From: an uncultured delta proteobacterium
Lineage (GTDB): Bacteria > Myxococcota_A > Polyangia > Polyangiales > Polyangiaceae
Length of the DNA: 64,000 nucleotides
Reading direction: 5' to 3'
NCBI GenBank assembly: GCA_963696385.1
Contig: CAVOKF010000001.1
Location: forward strand, 96,001 to 160,000
Shown here: in pieces, positions 1-10,897 of the stretch
Numbering within the stretch: the stretch's first letter is position 1
Layout of the letters: every line of letters begins with the position of its first letter
The notes under the pieces: model-generated
Told to the model about the DNA's origin: nothing
What the model saw: only the letters and a program-made list of their open reading frames with translations
Databases searched by the model: none
Program-made: the position numbers and the translations under genes

Positions 1-1494
1 GTGGATGGACTGCAGGTCGAGGGCACGTTCCGAGCTCACCAGGTGCCGCTGCTGGTCGATTCCGATCATCCGGAGCACGTCGCCGAGCTCGAGCGGTGGA
101 TGCACAGCTACAAGCCGGAAGAACTGTTCGATGAGTCGGGCCGACTCATCGCGGAGCTCGCCGATCTGGCACCGAAGGGCGACCGGCGGATGGGGGCCAA
201 TCCCCACACCAACGGTGGCATTCTGCTGCGCGATCTGCGAATGCCCGACTTCCGCGTTCACGCGGTCGCCGTCCCTTCGCCGGGCGCTGTCAACGGTCAG
301 GATACGCTCGTGCTGGGCAACTTCCTGCGCGACGTGGCCCGCCTGAATCAGGAGCCGCGCACGTTCCGTGTCTTCGGGCCCGACGAGACCCTTTCGAATC
401 TTCTCGGGGCGGTCTTCGAAGTCACCAACCGCCAGTGGGACGCGCGAAAAGCGCACAATGACGAGTTTCTTGCGCCCGACGGGGGCGTGCTCGATTCGAT
501 GTTGAGCGAGCACCAATGCGAGGGTTGGCTCGAAGGGTATCTTTTGACCGGGCGGCACGGAATCTTCAATAGCTACGAAGCCTTCATTCGAATCGTCGAC
601 TCGATGTTCAGTCAGCACGCCAAGTGGCTCAAGGTCACGCTGGAGTTGCCCTGGCGCCGCAAGATCGCTTCGCTCAACTACCTGCTCGCGTCGCATGTCT
701 GGCAGCAGGACCACAACGGCTTCACGCACCAGGATCCAGGTTTTCTCGACCACGTCATCAACAAGAAGGCCGACATCGTCCGGGTGTATCTACCGCCCGA
801 CGGCAATTGCCTGCTGTCGGTCGTGGATCATTGCCTGCGCAGCCGTCACTACGTCAACGTGGTGGTGGCCGGCAAGCACGCCCTGCCGCAGTGGCTCGAC
901 ATGGACGCCGCGATCGTCCACTGCGAGCAAGGCATCGGCATTTGGCAATGGGCCAGCAACGATCAAGGCGCCGATCCGGACGTGGTCATGGGCTGCTCCG
1001 GAGACACGCCCACGCTCGAGGTTCTGGCAGCGGTGTCGATTCTTCGGCAGCATCTGCCCGACCTGAAAGTCCGCGTGGTCAACGTCGTGGATCTGATGAA
1101 GCTACAGCCCCAATGCGAGCACCCGCACGGGCTGAGCGAACAAGATTACGACTCGCTCTTCACGAAAGACAAGCCCATCGTATTCGGATTTCACGGCTAC
1201 CCGTGGCTCGTCCATCGCCTGACCTACCGCCGGACCAACCGCAACCTGCACGTCCGCGGCTACAAGGAAGAGGGTACCATCACGACGGCCTTCGACATCA
1301 GGGTGCAGAACGAGTTGGACCGCTTTCATCTCGTGCAAGACGTGGTCGACCGCTTGCCGTCCGAATGGGGTACGAGAGGGGCCTATCTGAAGCAGATGGT
1401 GCAGGATAAGCTCGTCGAGCACAAGCAGTACATCGACCGACACGGTCAGGACATGCCCGAAATCCGAAATTGGAAGTGGGGCGAACGCCGATGA
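1..1494 (+). CDS. xfp: Phosphoketolase (XFP family), 5'-truncated by the window edge
   Basis: Motifs [48 protein letters not shown] and C-terminal [10 protein letters not shown]. Confidence 0.95.
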   Translation: MDGLQVEGTFRAHQVPLLVDSDHPEHVAELERWMHSYKPEELFDESGRLIAELADLAPKGDRRMGANPHTNGGILLRDLRMPDFRVHAVAVPSPGAVNGQDTLVLGNFLRDVARLNQEPRTFRVFGPDETLSNLLGAVFEVTNRQWDARKAHNDEFLAPDGGVLDSMLSEHQCEGWLEGYLLTGRHGIFNSYEAFIRIVDSMFSQHAKWLKVTLELPWRRKIASLNYLLASHVWQQDHNGFTHQDPGFLDHVINKKADIVRVYLPPDGNCLLSVVDHCLRSRHYVNVVVAGKHALPQWLDMDAAIVHCEQGIGIWQWASNDQGADPDVVMGCSGDTPTLEVLAAVSILRQHLPDLKVRVVNVVDLMKLQPQCEHPHGLSEQDYDSLFTKDKPIVFGFHGYPWLVHRLTYRRTNRNLHVRGYKEEGTITTAFDIRVQNELDRFHLVQDVVDRLPSEWGTRGAYLKQMVQDKLVEHKQYIDRHGQDMPEIRNWKWGERR

Positions 1495-2531
1495 CCGTCG
1501 GACCGTCCTTGAACGTGCAGACGCTCGTCGACACCGCGAAAGAGCTCGTCGCCGGCGACAAGGGCCTGCTCGCGATCGACGAAAGTACCGGAACCTGCAA
1601 CAGGCGATTGGCCGAGCATGGCATCGCTCAAACCGAGGATATGCGGCGCGCTTATCGGGAGTGGATCATCACCGCGCCCCGCCTCGCCGAGAGCATCAGC
1701 GGCGTGATTCTGTACGACGAGACGATCCGCCAGCACAAGAGAGACGGCACGCCCTTCGTGGATGCCATCGCCGACGCGGGACTCGTCGCCGGCATCAAGG
1801 TGGATGCCGGTGCCAAGGACTTGGCCGGGCATCCCCGAGAGACCGTCACCGAGGGACTGGACGGCTTGCGGGATCGTCTGGCCGAGTACGGTCGAATGGG
1901 CGCGCGCTTTGCCAAGTGGCGTGCGGTGATCGCCGTGGGCGACGGCGTCCCGAGCCGCGGGTGCGTCGACGCCAACGCGCATGCTCTGGCTCGGTACGCG
2001 GCGTTGTGCCAAGAAGCGGGGCTGGTTCCGGTCGTCGAGGCCGAGGTGCTCATGGGCGGCGACGAGACGCTCGCTCGCTGCCGCGAAGTGACGGGTGAAG
2101 TCCTCCGTGCGGTGTTCGGTCAGCTGACCGGTCAGCGGGTCATGCTGGAGGGCATGCTTCTCAAGCCCAATATGGTGTTGCCGGGGCTTTCCTGCACCGA
2201 TCAGCGAAGTGTCGACGAAGTCGCCGACGCGACGGTGCGATGTCTCTTGCGCACGGTCCCTGCCGCCGTTCCCGGGATCCTGTTCCTGTCGGGAGGTCAA
2301 CCGGCCGAGTTGGCCTCGGCCCGCCTGAATGCCATGAACGTCCGCTTCAAGGGGCGATTGCCGTGGGCATTGTCGTTCTCGTTTGCCCGCGCCATCCAAC
2401 AGCCGGCGCTCGAAATCTGGGCGGGCAAGGAAGCTCACGTGGCCAGGGCGCAACTGGCTTTGGTGCATCGATCCGTGTGCAACCGGGCGGCGCGCCGTGG
2501 CGAGTACAGCGCGGCGATGGACGGGAGATGA
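1491..2531 (+). CDS. Class I fructose-bisphosphate aldolase (eukaryote-like family)
   Basis: [24 protein letters not shown] (Schiff-base Lys), FLSGGQ, SFSFARA. ATGA overlap with the xfp stop at 1491-1494. Confidence 0.95.
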   Translation: MTVGPSLNVQTLVDTAKELVAGDKGLLAIDESTGTCNRRLAEHGIAQTEDMRRAYREWIITAPRLAESISGVILYDETIRQHKRDGTPFVDAIADAGLVAGIKVDAGAKDLAGHPRETVTEGLDGLRDRLAEYGRMGARFAKWRAVIAVGDGVPSRGCVDANAHALARYAALCQEAGLVPVVEAEVLMGGDETLARCREVTGEVLRAVFGQLTGQRVMLEGMLLKPNMVLPGLSCTDQRSVDEVADATVRCLLRTVPAAVPGILFLSGGQPAELASARLNAMNVRFKGRLPWALSFSFARAIQQPALEIWAGKEAHVARAQLALVHRSVCNRAARRGEYSAAMDGR

Positions 2532-2553
2532 ACTGGCATTATCCTGGTGGGCC

Positions 2554-2979
2554 ATGAGCGTCCAAGTCGATGAACTCGTGCCGGTCGATTTTCACGATAT
2601 CGGCGGTGGACACGCGCTCGTTCGTGTGCGGTTGATCGGAGATACGACCCCCGCCTGGGCCAGTTTATGGGGCCAATCGGTTTCGGCGGCGAAGGCGCAG
2701 GCGGTCCATAGGCCGTTTCTGGAGCGTTCGGAGCCCGAGCTCAAGATGCAAAGCGGCAAGATCTTCCTCGAGTACAAGACGAAGGACGCCGAGCATGCGA
2801 CGGCCGTATTCAAGATTATCCGCGACGTTCTCGTGCCCGGCACGAGTCACCTTCTGGAAGAAGAAACCAAGCGCAACGCCGAGCAAGCGCGCCAGGGACA
2901 AGAGCGAGCGAGGCAGGCGAAGACCAACATCGACGCCATCACCGCCGCCGTGATCGAAGAAAGCAAGCGCAAGCCGTAA
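2554..2979 (+). CDS. Hypothetical protein (141 aa) with charged helical C-terminus
   Basis: ATG at 2554 just after the aldolase; protein-like composition; no family recognised. Confidence 0.6.
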   Translation: MSVQVDELVPVDFHDIGGGHALVRVRLIGDTTPAWASLWGQSVSAAKAQAVHRPFLERSEPELKMQSGKIFLEYKTKDAEHATAVFKIIRDVLVPGTSHLLEEETKRNAEQARQGQERARQAKTNIDAITAAVIEESKRKP

Positions 2980-3258
2980 CGCGCTGCCGTAGCGCCCCGA
3001 TCGCGAACGCGCCGCCTCCACCTTCCAGTGGGGCTTCGGGTTGCCCGCAATGGACCCGGTGCCCGCGTGATCGGCGTCGCGATGCCTCGACCATCGCTCG
3101 GGCTGCATGCCGCGCCGCTCGGTAAGCCCGAGCACCTGCCGTAGCGCCCCGATGGCAAACCCGGACGCGCGCGTGATGCCCGGTCGCTCGAGGCGAATTG
3201 CACGCTGGGCAGGGTGCACGTCGCCTCGCAGCGGCTCGTCGATCCTCCTCTCGGGTCT

Positions 3259-3274
3259 TGGCGCGCTCGTTGCT
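3259..3274 (+). promoter_or_regulatory. Putative sigma54 (-24/-12) promoter
   Basis: TGGCGCGCTCGTTGCT fits TGGC-N6-TTGC, about 35 bp upstream of the CBS gene, which has a GAGGAGGA RBS. Confidence 0.7.
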
Positions 3275-3308
3275 TATGACCCATCCAACCTAACTCGAGG
3301 AGGACACC

Positions 3309-3821
3309 ATGAACGTCTCGGAGATCATGAGCAAAGCCGCCAAATCGTGCGGGACGAATGACAGTTTGCAGGAGGCTGCGCGGATCATGTGGGAGAGCGA
3401 CTGCGGCATGGTCCCGGTCGTCGACGATCAAACGCGCGTCGTCGGCATCATCACCGACCGCGATATTTGCATGGCGGCGTACACGCACGGCCAGCCGCTC
3501 TGGCAGATCCCCGTGTCCCAGGCGATGGCCAAGCAGGTGCACGGTGTGCGCGAGAACGACCCCCTCGAAGTGGTCGAAACGCTGATGCGGCGAGTTCGGG
3601 TGCGCCGCGTGCCGGTCCTCGACGCCGACGGACGCCTGAAGGGTATTCTGTCGATGAACGACCTGACGCGTCATGCGCATCGCGCCGTCGGCCGTTGGAA
3701 CAACGGCCTCAGCGTCGACGGCATCGTCAAAACCCTGGCCGCGATCTGCGAACCGCGCGCGCATTCGGCCAACGTTTCGAGCGCCCCGGCTGCCAACGGC
3801 AGCCATGCCCCCGCCCCGTGA
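3309..3821 (+). CDS. CBS-pair domain protein
   Basis: VSEIMS, PVVDD..VVGIITDRDI, RRVPVLDADGRLKGILSMNDL; strong RBS. Confidence 0.92.
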   Translation: MNVSEIMSKAAKSCGTNDSLQEAARIMWESDCGMVPVVDDQTRVVGIITDRDICMAAYTHGQPLWQIPVSQAMAKQVHGVRENDPLEVVETLMRRVRVRRVPVLDADGRLKGILSMNDLTRHAHRAVGRWNNGLSVDGIVKTLAAICEPRAHSANVSSAPAANGSHAPAP

Positions 3822-3835
3822 CGAGGGACCCAGCG

Positions 3836-5266
3836 TCAACCGGCTGCGGCCGGCGTCATCGGATGCCGGCTCACGCTGTCCCCATCTTCCTGGCGCAGCT
3901 CGGCAAATACCCCGGATGAGAGCACGGTCAGCCCTCCCAGCACGACGAACGCAAGGTGAATGCCGTGAATCATCTGCCGCGGGTCGGAGTGGAGTCGGTC
4001 GGGGATGAACACCGCGGTCGTGAGTGAAGCTGCCGCGACGCCGAAGCTCATCGACATCTGCTGCAACGTGCTGGCGATCGTGCTCGCCATGCTCGTGTCG
4101 GCCTCTTGGATGTCGGCATAGACCAGCGTATTCATGCTGGTGAACTGCAGCGAGGAAAGGAAACCGAAGGCGGTCGCTTGAAGGCAGATCACGACGACGG
4201 ACGTCTGCGCTCCGATGGTGGCGAATAGACCGATGAGCAAGCCGAGCAGCACCGTATTGGTCAGCAGCACGCGGCGGTAACCGAAGCGGGTCAGGATCAT
4301 CGGCATGGTCATCTTCAGACTGATGGCTGCGATCGACTGGGGCAGGATGAAAAGCCCTGACTGAATCGGCGAATAGCCGAGCCCGACCTGATAGAGCAGC
4401 GGCAGCAAGAACGGCATTCCGCCGACGCCCAGGCGTGTGACGAAGCTGCCGCTCACGGCCACGCGCAACGTGCGGATGCCGAAGAGCCCGATCCGCAGCA
4501 AGGGATGCGCCGCGCGGATCGCGTGGCGCACGTATCCGACGATGAGCGCGGTCGCAAGGGCCAGTAGAGCGCCGCTCTGCGCTGCGCTCAGGGTATGCTC
4601 TCCAAAGATCTCCAGCACGTACGACAGAAGCCCAACGCCCGAACCGAACAGCAACAGTCCCACCCAGTCCAGTCGATCCGTCCGTGCGGCGCGATAGTCG
4701 GGCAGGTGGCGGTAGACGAGAAACAGGCCCACGAGGCCGATGGGCAGGTTGACGAAAAAGATCACGCGCCAATGGGAAAACGCGACGATCAGCCCTCCGG
4801 CAAGCGGGCCGATCATCGGGCCGATCAGAGCCGGGATCGCGACGAAGCTCATCGCGCGAACCAGCTCGGACTTCGCGAAGGCGTGCACCATCGTCAGACG
4901 GCCCACCGGGACCATCATCGCGCCGCCGCAGCCCTGGAGGATGCGGCACCCGACCAGGACGTGAATGTCGTTCGACATGCCGCACAAGAGCGATCCCAGC
5001 ATGAAGATCCCAATGGCCGAGGAAAAGACGGCGCGGGTCCCGAAACGATCGGCCACCCAGCCGCTCAGCGGGATGAACACCGCCAGGCTCAGCGTGTAGC
5101 TCGTGAGCACCGACTTCATGCTGAGCGGAGCCACGTGCAGTGCGGCCGCCATGGCGGGCAGCGCGGTATTGAGAATCGTCGTGTCGAGCGATTCCATGAA
5201 GAACGCCACCGCCACGAGCCACGGCAGCATGCGTTTCACGGATTCGGCCGGGGCCGACTGGGTCAT
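3836..5266 (-). CDS. DHA2-family MFS efflux transporter (EmrB/QacA-like)
   Basis: FMESLDTTILNTALP, motif A GWVADRFGTR, RILQGCGGAMMVPVGR, many TM helices; start approximate. Confidence 0.92.
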   Translation of the reverse strand: MTQSAPAESVKRMLPWLVAVAFFMESLDTTILNTALPAMAAALHVAPLSMKSVLTSYTLSLAVFIPLSGWVADRFGTRAVFSSAIGIFMLGSLLCGMSNDIHVLVGCRILQGCGGAMMVPVGRLTMVHAFAKSELVRAMSFVAIPALIGPMIGPLAGGLIVAFSHWRVIFFVNLPIGLVGLFLVYRHLPDYRAARTDRLDWVGLLLFGSGVGLLSYVLEIFGEHTLSAAQSGALLALATALIVGYVRHAIRAAHPLLRIGLFGIRTLRVAVSGSFVTRLGVGGMPFLLPLLYQVGLGYSPIQSGLFILPQSIAAISLKMTMPMILTRFGYRRVLLTNTVLLGLLIGLFATIGAQTSVVVICLQATAFGFLSSLQFTSMNTLVYADIQEADTSMASTIASTLQQMSMSFGVAAASLTTAVFIPDRLHSDPRQMIHGIHLAFVVLGGLTVLSSGVFAELRQEDGDSVSRHPMTPAAAG

Positions 5267-5386
5267 GGTCGGGCCAGAGTACCGTCGCCCACGCGCGGCG
5301 GGCACGATCGACTACCCCACAGCGCAAGCGGCCCATGCGCGGCCTTGTGCACCCGCCGATTCGCGGTCACCCGACCGCATTCGGGC

Positions 5387-6028
5387 TCACGGGCCATGCT
5401 CCGGCGCTTCGTCCGCTACGGGCATCGCCCCCGACCCTTCGGCGCGAAGCTCGGCGGTGGCCTTGTCCGCCAGGATGTTCACGGCGTCGACGAGTGCCGT
5501 AGACAAGGCCATGACGATGGCATCGGCCTCGGCATCGCCCGTGGCCGGCGCGATCGCCCGCTCGATCGTGACGGACCGCGCGAATCGTACGACGCGGTGG
5601 TCGACCAGCGAATAATCGATCTGGACTCGACCTACGTGGGCGGGTGCGCGGACTTCCTCGAACGCCATGACGTCGACGTCGAGGGTGGTGCCGGCCCCAT
5701 ACAGGATCTGCCGAATACCGCGGCGGTCGAAGAGTGCGCGACCGAGCTCGCGTCGAACGTACGACTCGGGTTTGTCCGTCCACCGTCGCCCTTCGTAGTA
5801 TCCGATTTCGTAGACCGAGTTGCGAAACACAATCTCGTCTTTGAGGTAGGCCGCTGCCGTGACGCGCCCGAGCCTCAACTCCAACCCGCTCGGCGCGACC
5901 GGATCTGCAGGCGTCGCCGCGCTCTCCGGGGTGAAATAGCGAGATACGAACGGGTCGCTCTTGAAAAAGAGCGCACACCCGATCTGCGGCAACAGGGCCG
6001 CCATGCACCAGGCCCTTCCGATCTTCAT
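5387..6028 (-). CDS. ABC-type transport auxiliary lipoprotein (PqiC-like)
   Basis: Signal ending QIGC, RRWTDKP, LDVDVMAFEE; coupled downstream of mlaD. Confidence 0.8.
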   Translation of the reverse strand: MKIGRAWCMAALLPQIGCALFFKSDPFVSRYFTPESAATPADPVAPSGLELRLGRVTAAAYLKDEIVFRNSVYEIGYYEGRRWTDKPESYVRRELGRALFDRRGIRQILYGAGTTLDVDVMAFEEVRAPAHVGRVQIDYSLVDHRVVRFARSVTIERAIAPATGDAEADAIVMALSTALVDAVNILADKATAELRAEGSGAMPVADEAPEHGP

Positions 6029-6987
6029 CGGAGCGCCTTGGTCCGGCCCTTGAGCAGCATATCCGAGTCCCGGTCGAGCGCGTCGCCGAGCCTCTGGACC
6101 GCAGCCGCGGCCTCTTGCACATTGCGCAGGGTGTCCTCGAGGTTCTCCCCGAGCCCCGTCGCGCCGTGGGCGACGTCGCCCACGGCGGTCGACGCGCGTT
6201 CGACGCTGGCGATCAAGCCTTTCTTTCCTTGGAGACGTTCGATGAGCCCATCGACGTGCGCCACCGTTGCCTGCAACTGCACGAGCGTCGCTTGGGCTTC
6301 GTGCGATAGCTTTTCGACGTCCGCGCGCTCGATCACGCGCCGAACGTCGGCGAGCAGGGCGTCCACGTGGCCGAGCGTCGCGCCGGCCTTGTCGGCAATG
6401 TGCTCGGCCGTGACGTCCTCGAGCAAGGCACTGATTTTCGCCAGCAACGTCACGATTTGGTCGGCCACTTCCGGAAAGCGGTCGACCGCGTGAACGACCG
6501 AGTCTTCCAGATTTTTGATCGTCGATCGCGCCGACGGGATGTAGTTTTCCGGCACGGGGAACGGTAACGGCAGGACGGGATTGTCCTCGATTGGGAAGAA
6601 GTCGATCGAGATGAACATGACCCCCGTGAGACCCGAGGAGTCGAGTTGCACGCGCAAATCCGGCGGCACGGCCATCGTCGTTTTCGCCCTTGCAACCGAC
6701 GCGAGTCCCAGGGCCTTGAGATCGCCGACCCCGAGCTGGCTCGTGATCGCGACGCGGCGGTGATCGGGAGCAATGTTGATGACCGATACGCTGCCGATCG
6801 TGACGCCGCGGAATTTCACCGGCGATCCGACGTCCAGGCCTTGGACCGATTCGTCGAAGAACGACTGATAGCTCACGGTCTTCTTTTCCAGATTCCGCGC
6901 CCCCAGGGCGACGGCGCTGCCGATCGCCACGACGAAGCCGACCACGACGAAGAGGCCGAGCTTCCAGTGATTGGTCGGAGCGGGCAT
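6025..6987 (-). CDS. mlaD: MCE/MlaD-family protein
   Basis: N-terminal TM, ESVQGLDVGSPVKFRGVTIGSV MCE motif, SGLTG, helical C-terminal stalk. Confidence 0.9.
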   Translation of the reverse strand: MPAPTNHWKLGLFVVVGFVVAIGSAVALGARNLEKKTVSYQSFFDESVQGLDVGSPVKFRGVTIGSVSVINIAPDHRRVAITSQLGVGDLKALGLASVARAKTTMAVPPDLRVQLDSSGLTGVMFISIDFFPIEDNPVLPLPFPVPENYIPSARSTIKNLEDSVVHAVDRFPEVADQIVTLLAKISALLEDVTAEHIADKAGATLGHVDALLADVRRVIERADVEKLSHEAQATLVQLQATVAHVDGLIERLQGKKGLIASVERASTAVGDVAHGATGLGENLEDTLRNVQEAAAAVQRLGDALDRDSDMLLKGRTKALR

Positions 6988-6988
6988 T

Positions 6989-7744
6989 TCAGTGGGCTCT
7001 CGCTGCACGGTGAAAGAACCGCTGGACGCGTTCATCGGCACACGAGTCTCTGAGATCGGCCGGAATGCCGGAGGCGATGATGCTCTGGCTCTCCTTGTCC
7101 AGCATGATGCAACGCGAGACGATCTTGAAGATGCTCGCGAGCTCGTGGGTCACGACGACCACCGTCAATCCGAGAGCGCGATTGAGCACGAGAATCAGGT
7201 CATCGAGCTCGACGGCCGTGACCGGGTCGAGCCCAGCGGACGGCTCATCGAGAAAGAGAAGACGGGGCTCCAAGGCCATCGCTCGAGCAATCGCAGCGCG
7301 CTTGGTCATGCCCCCCGACAGCTCCGAAGGCAGCTTGTCCTCGACCCCGCGCAAGCCGACCAGGCACAGCTTGGCGCTGACGATGGCGCCCACCGCCTCG
7401 GGGGTGAGATCGGTCCACGTGTGAAGCGGCAGTCCGACATTTTCGCCGACGGTCATCGACGTGAAGAGGGCCCCGGATTGAAACACGACCCCGAACGGCG
7501 GCCGTCCGACTTCAAGGTGTTGGGCCGCCGCGCCCGCGACGACGACCGTGCCTTGCACCGGGGTCTCGAGGCCGACGAGATACCGCATCAGTGTGGACTT
7601 TCCGCATCCGCTCACGCCGAGAATCGCGAATATGTCTCCGCGTGCGACGTCGAAACTCATGTTCTTTTGCAGGGTGACGTCGTCCCAACCGATCGTGAGA
7701 TCGACGACGCGGATCATGGCTTCGTCGCTCATTTCCAGGATCAT
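6989..7744 (-). CDS. mlaF: MlaF-family ABC ATP-binding subunit
   Basis: Walker A GVSGCGKST, VFQSGALF, LSGGMTKRAAIARA, FLDEPSAGLDP; ATGA overlap with mlaE. Confidence 0.92.
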   Translation of the reverse strand: MILEMSDEAMIRVVDLTIGWDDVTLQKNMSFDVARGDIFAILGVSGCGKSTLMRYLVGLETPVQGTVVVAGAAAQHLEVGRPPFGVVFQSGALFTSMTVGENVGLPLHTWTDLTPEAVGAIVSAKLCLVGLRGVEDKLPSELSGGMTKRAAIARAMALEPRLLFLDEPSAGLDPVTAVELDDLILVLNRALGLTVVVVTHELASIFKIVSRCIMLDKESQSIIASGIPADLRDSCADERVQRFFHRAARAH

Positions 7745-8973
7745 CGATGGATCGCGTGAAAAAAGACCGTGAAACCTGCGTCGAGCAGGACGATGACGAA
7801 CAGGGTGGTCACGACCGACGAGGTGGTGCGGCGCCCGACCCCTTCCGCGCCCCCTGTGGTCGCGAGTCCTTGCTGACACGAGATGAGTGCGATGGCGACA
7901 CCGAAGACGGCGCTCTTGAGGATGCCCGAATAGACGTCCCAGAGTGTCACGGCCTTTGCGGTCTCTCTCAGGTATCCGACGATCGTGAGATCGAGACTCA
8001 TCAAGCCGACCACGAGGCCCCCCAGAATGCCGACGGCATCGGCCAGCAGCGCTAGGATGGGGATCGCGAGGAAGAGCCCAACCGCGCGCGGCAAAACGAG
8101 ATACCGGATCGGGCCGAGTCCCATCGTACGCAGCGCGTCGACCTCCTCGGACACCTTCATGGATCCGAGCTCCGCTGCAAAGGCCGCGCCGGACCGGCCG
8201 CACAGGATGATGGCGGTCATCAGCGGTCCGAGCTCTCGCGTGACCGAGAGGCCGACGAGATCGGCGACGAAGATGTTCGCTCCGAACTGCTTCAGCTGGA
8301 CGGCGCCCTGGTAGGCCATCACGAAGCCGACGAGAAAGTTGATCAGCACCACGATGGGCACCGCGTCGGCCCCCACACGCTCCATGGTCGGCCAGACGTC
8401 GCTCCAGTTGCCGCTCCGGGGGGCTCGCAGCGTGGCCGCCGCCGATAGAATCATTTGGCCCAAGAACGCCAGAACGAGCTGCGTTTCGACGACCACGGTC
8501 AACGTGGCGCGTCCGATCTGAGCGAACGCCCCCTCCGGCCTCCGCTTGCTCACTGCGCGAAGGTGAGCGTCCCCTTCGTAGAGATGAACGATCTCTTGGA
8601 CGTTCGGACGGGCACCGACGAACTCGGACGCGATTCCCTGCGCACGCAGGCGATTGCGGAGATGAACGAGAAGGGCCATCGCTCCGCCGTCGACGGCTTC
8701 GACCTTGGAGAGATCGAAGTCCAGCCGCGGCGGCGAAGCCGAGACGAGGAGCTTTCGCGCCTCGGTCCAGAGCGCGCCGGCATCGACGAATTCGAGGCGC
8801 CCGCGCACATGGATGGTTCGGCAAGGTTCCCCCTCGACGGCGCGGTCGATCGAAAAGCCATGCCGATTCGGCGCTGCAAGCAGGCTCACGACGAGGCTAC
8901 AGCAACAAGCATTCCCGCACGGGCTATCCGCGGTACCGGGCCGCGCGACGCCTCCTTGGGATCGCGTGTCCAT
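7741..8973 (-). CDS. mlaE: MlaE-family permease with N-terminal STAS-like domain
   Basis: RELGPLMTAIILCGRSGAAFAAELGSMKVSEEVDAL, GAEGVGRRTT; STAS-like DLSKVEAVDGG; start uncertain. Confidence 0.92.
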   Translation of the reverse strand: MDTRSQGGVARPGTADSPCGNACCCSLVVSLLAAPNRHGFSIDRAVEGEPCRTIHVRGRLEFVDAGALWTEARKLLVSASPPRLDFDLSKVEAVDGGAMALLVHLRNRLRAQGIASEFVGARPNVQEIVHLYEGDAHLRAVSKRRPEGAFAQIGRATLTVVVETQLVLAFLGQMILSAAATLRAPRSGNWSDVWPTMERVGADAVPIVVLINFLVGFVMAYQGAVQLKQFGANIFVADLVGLSVTRELGPLMTAIILCGRSGAAFAAELGSMKVSEEVDALRTMGLGPIRYLVLPRAVGLFLAIPILALLADAVGILGGLVVGLMSLDLTIVGYLRETAKAVTLWDVYSGILKSAVFGVAIALISCQQGLATTGGAEGVGRRTTSSVVTTLFVIVLLDAGFTVFFHAIHR

Positions 8974-9140
8974 GGGGCGTTTTCGCAATTTCCCCGGCAC
9001 CGTGGTGGTTTGCGAATCGCCCAGCAACGACGTACCCATCCGGCTGAGGTCACGTCGTTAGGCCGTGCCGCGGAGCGCCCCGTGAACGCGGAGGCTCGCC
9101 GAGATGAGACCCCGCCTCTTTTGGCGCCGCCTGTCTCGAT

Positions 9141-9156
9141 TGGCATGGGATTCGCA
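9141..9156 (+). promoter_or_regulatory. Putative sigma54 promoter
   Basis: TGGCATGGGATTCGCA (GG-N10-GC), 25 bp upstream of ATG 9181. Confidence 0.5.
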
Positions 9157-9180
9157 TCCGCAATCGCGAGGTCGTCTGCC

Positions 9181-9753
9181 ATGCGATGCGAAGCGATTCT
9201 GACCCAACACGATCTGCGCGATCTGTTCGCGAAATTGGCACCGCTCGAGATTCGTGTCGGGGAGAGCGCCACGTTGGTTCTCGAATCGCCGACGGAGGTC
9301 TCGTTGGTCGCCCTCGAGGGGGTGAACGTCGTGTGCGACGCGACGCTCCACTGGCCGCTGCTCGGGGTGGACCTGCCGGTGCACATGCGCCAACTCACGG
9401 TCCGAATTCATCCCGCCGTGCGCCCGGGTCCGAATGGCAACAGCAGCGTGCTCGTATTCACCCTTCAGATCGAACGCACGGGTGTGTCGCTTCTGCCAGC
9501 CTCCTTCGACGACCGCGTGACCACTCTTTTGAACAAGGAGCTCGTCACCAAGCACGTCGAACTCGCGTGGAATTTCGGAAAAACGCTAACCCACGTGTTT
9601 TCGCTGCCGGCGGGCCTCGTGTCCGCCGCTGCCTTGGGTGTTCGTGTGGAATCCGGCACGACCCGGGTGACCGAGAACGACGTTCGGCTCGTCGTCGAGT
9701 TCGGAGCCGAAGTGCAAAAGCGCGTCGGGGCCACGGACCGACGGTCGGCGTGA
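9181..9753 (+). CDS. Hypothetical protein (190 aa), beta-rich
   Basis: ATG 9181 after a sigma54-like site; protein-like composition; no family recognised. Confidence 0.7.
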   Translation: MRCEAILTQHDLRDLFAKLAPLEIRVGESATLVLESPTEVSLVALEGVNVVCDATLHWPLLGVDLPVHMRQLTVRIHPAVRPGPNGNSSVLVFTLQIERTGVSLLPASFDDRVTTLLNKELVTKHVELAWNFGKTLTHVFSLPAGLVSAAALGVRVESGTTRVTENDVRLVVEFGAEVQKRVGATDRRSA

Positions 9754-9757
9754 GCGA

Positions 9758-10567
9758 TCAGCCGCTCACTTCATCGGTCCACACCCGGAAGCTTTCCAGC
9801 GTGTTGGGGCCGAACGTGGTCGCGATGGCCACGTCCGCCGCGTCGCGGCCTCGGGCGATGAGCACTCGGCCGATACGTGGGGTGTTGTTGCGCGGATCGA
9901 ACGTGTACCATTGCCCGCCCAGATACGCCTCGAACCATGCCGCAAAGTCCATCGGTGCGTACGGCGGCGGCAGCCCCATGTCCCCGAGATAGCCCGTGCA
10001 GTACCGCGCCGGAATGTTCATGCAACGGCAGAACGCGATCGCCAAATGCGCGTAGTCGCGGCAGACGCCCTTGCGTTCGTGGAAGGCATCCCATGCCGTT
10101 TTCGTCGGCCTGGCGTGTTCGTAGCCGAACGAAATGTGACGATGCACGAAGTCGCAGATGGCTTGCACGCGACCCCAGCCGGTCGGCGCGCCGGCAAACA
10201 GGGCCCAGGCCGTCTCCAACAGTCGGTCGGTTTCACAGTAACGACTCCCGAGCAAAAAGACCAACGAGTCCTCCGGCAACGAGGGCACGTCGGACTGCTG
10301 TGCCGCGGACGCCACCACGTCGGGCCATCCGGTATCGCTCACCACCGCATCGGACGTGATTCGCACCTGACCGGCGGGCGCCAATACCCGGCTGCACCAA
10401 TTGCCGAACATGTCTCGATACGCCGTGATCGGCGCACTCGGGCTGACGATGAGATAATCGGGTCTGACAATGTCCGATGCCCGACTGTAGTGAATGTTGA
10501 CCACCAAAATGAGTGGGGTCGGTTGAGGAAACTGGTAGAGCAACTCGTAGCCGACTCGGATTTGCAT
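9758..10567 (-). CDS. Transglutaminase-like family protein
   Basis: GVCRDYAHLAIAFCRCMNIPARYCTGYLGD, DFAAWFEAYL, TFDPRNN. Confidence 0.92.
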   Translation of the reverse strand: MQIRVGYELLYQFPQPTPLILVVNIHYSRASDIVRPDYLIVSPSAPITAYRDMFGNWCSRVLAPAGQVRITSDAVVSDTGWPDVVASAAQQSDVPSLPEDSLVFLLGSRYCETDRLLETAWALFAGAPTGWGRVQAICDFVHRHISFGYEHARPTKTAWDAFHERKGVCRDYAHLAIAFCRCMNIPARYCTGYLGDMGLPPPYAPMDFAAWFEAYLGGQWYTFDPRNNTPRIGRVLIARGRDAADVAIATTFGPNTLESFRVWTDEVSG

Positions 10568-10897
10568 GGGGGCGGGCAGGTGGACGCACCGTAACGTGAT
10601 TATACCGTGGACCATACCAAAACGGTGCCAACGGTGGGACGATGCGCGATTCGGCATGGACTCGAAACGCGTGTGAAATGGATGCGACTCCGATCGGCCC
10701 ATCCGCGACCGTCCGACGACTCTCTTCCGATGCTCCTCGTGCCCTTATGGGCCTAAGACGCAAAGAGCCCGCGCCCATCGCAAAACGCCACCAAGGCCAT
10801 GGGGCAGTGAGCCCATGCGCAAAGGCGGATCGGCAGTCCAGCCGCCCCGAATGCGCGGAGTGGTTCGTGGGAGCGACTGTTGCATGGGAACACGCGC

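Noticed and set aside
2847..8824. Long Arg/Ala/Pro-rich alternative-frame ORFs here and across the window (e.g. 49251-52022, 11536-13842)
   Set aside because: They overlap well-supported genes and have the composition typical of off-frame reads in high-GC DNA.
10615..10632. TTGGCACCGTTTTGGT (minus strand) upstream of the transglutaminase gene as a sigma54 promoter
   Set aside because: The -12 element is GT rather than the near-invariant GC.
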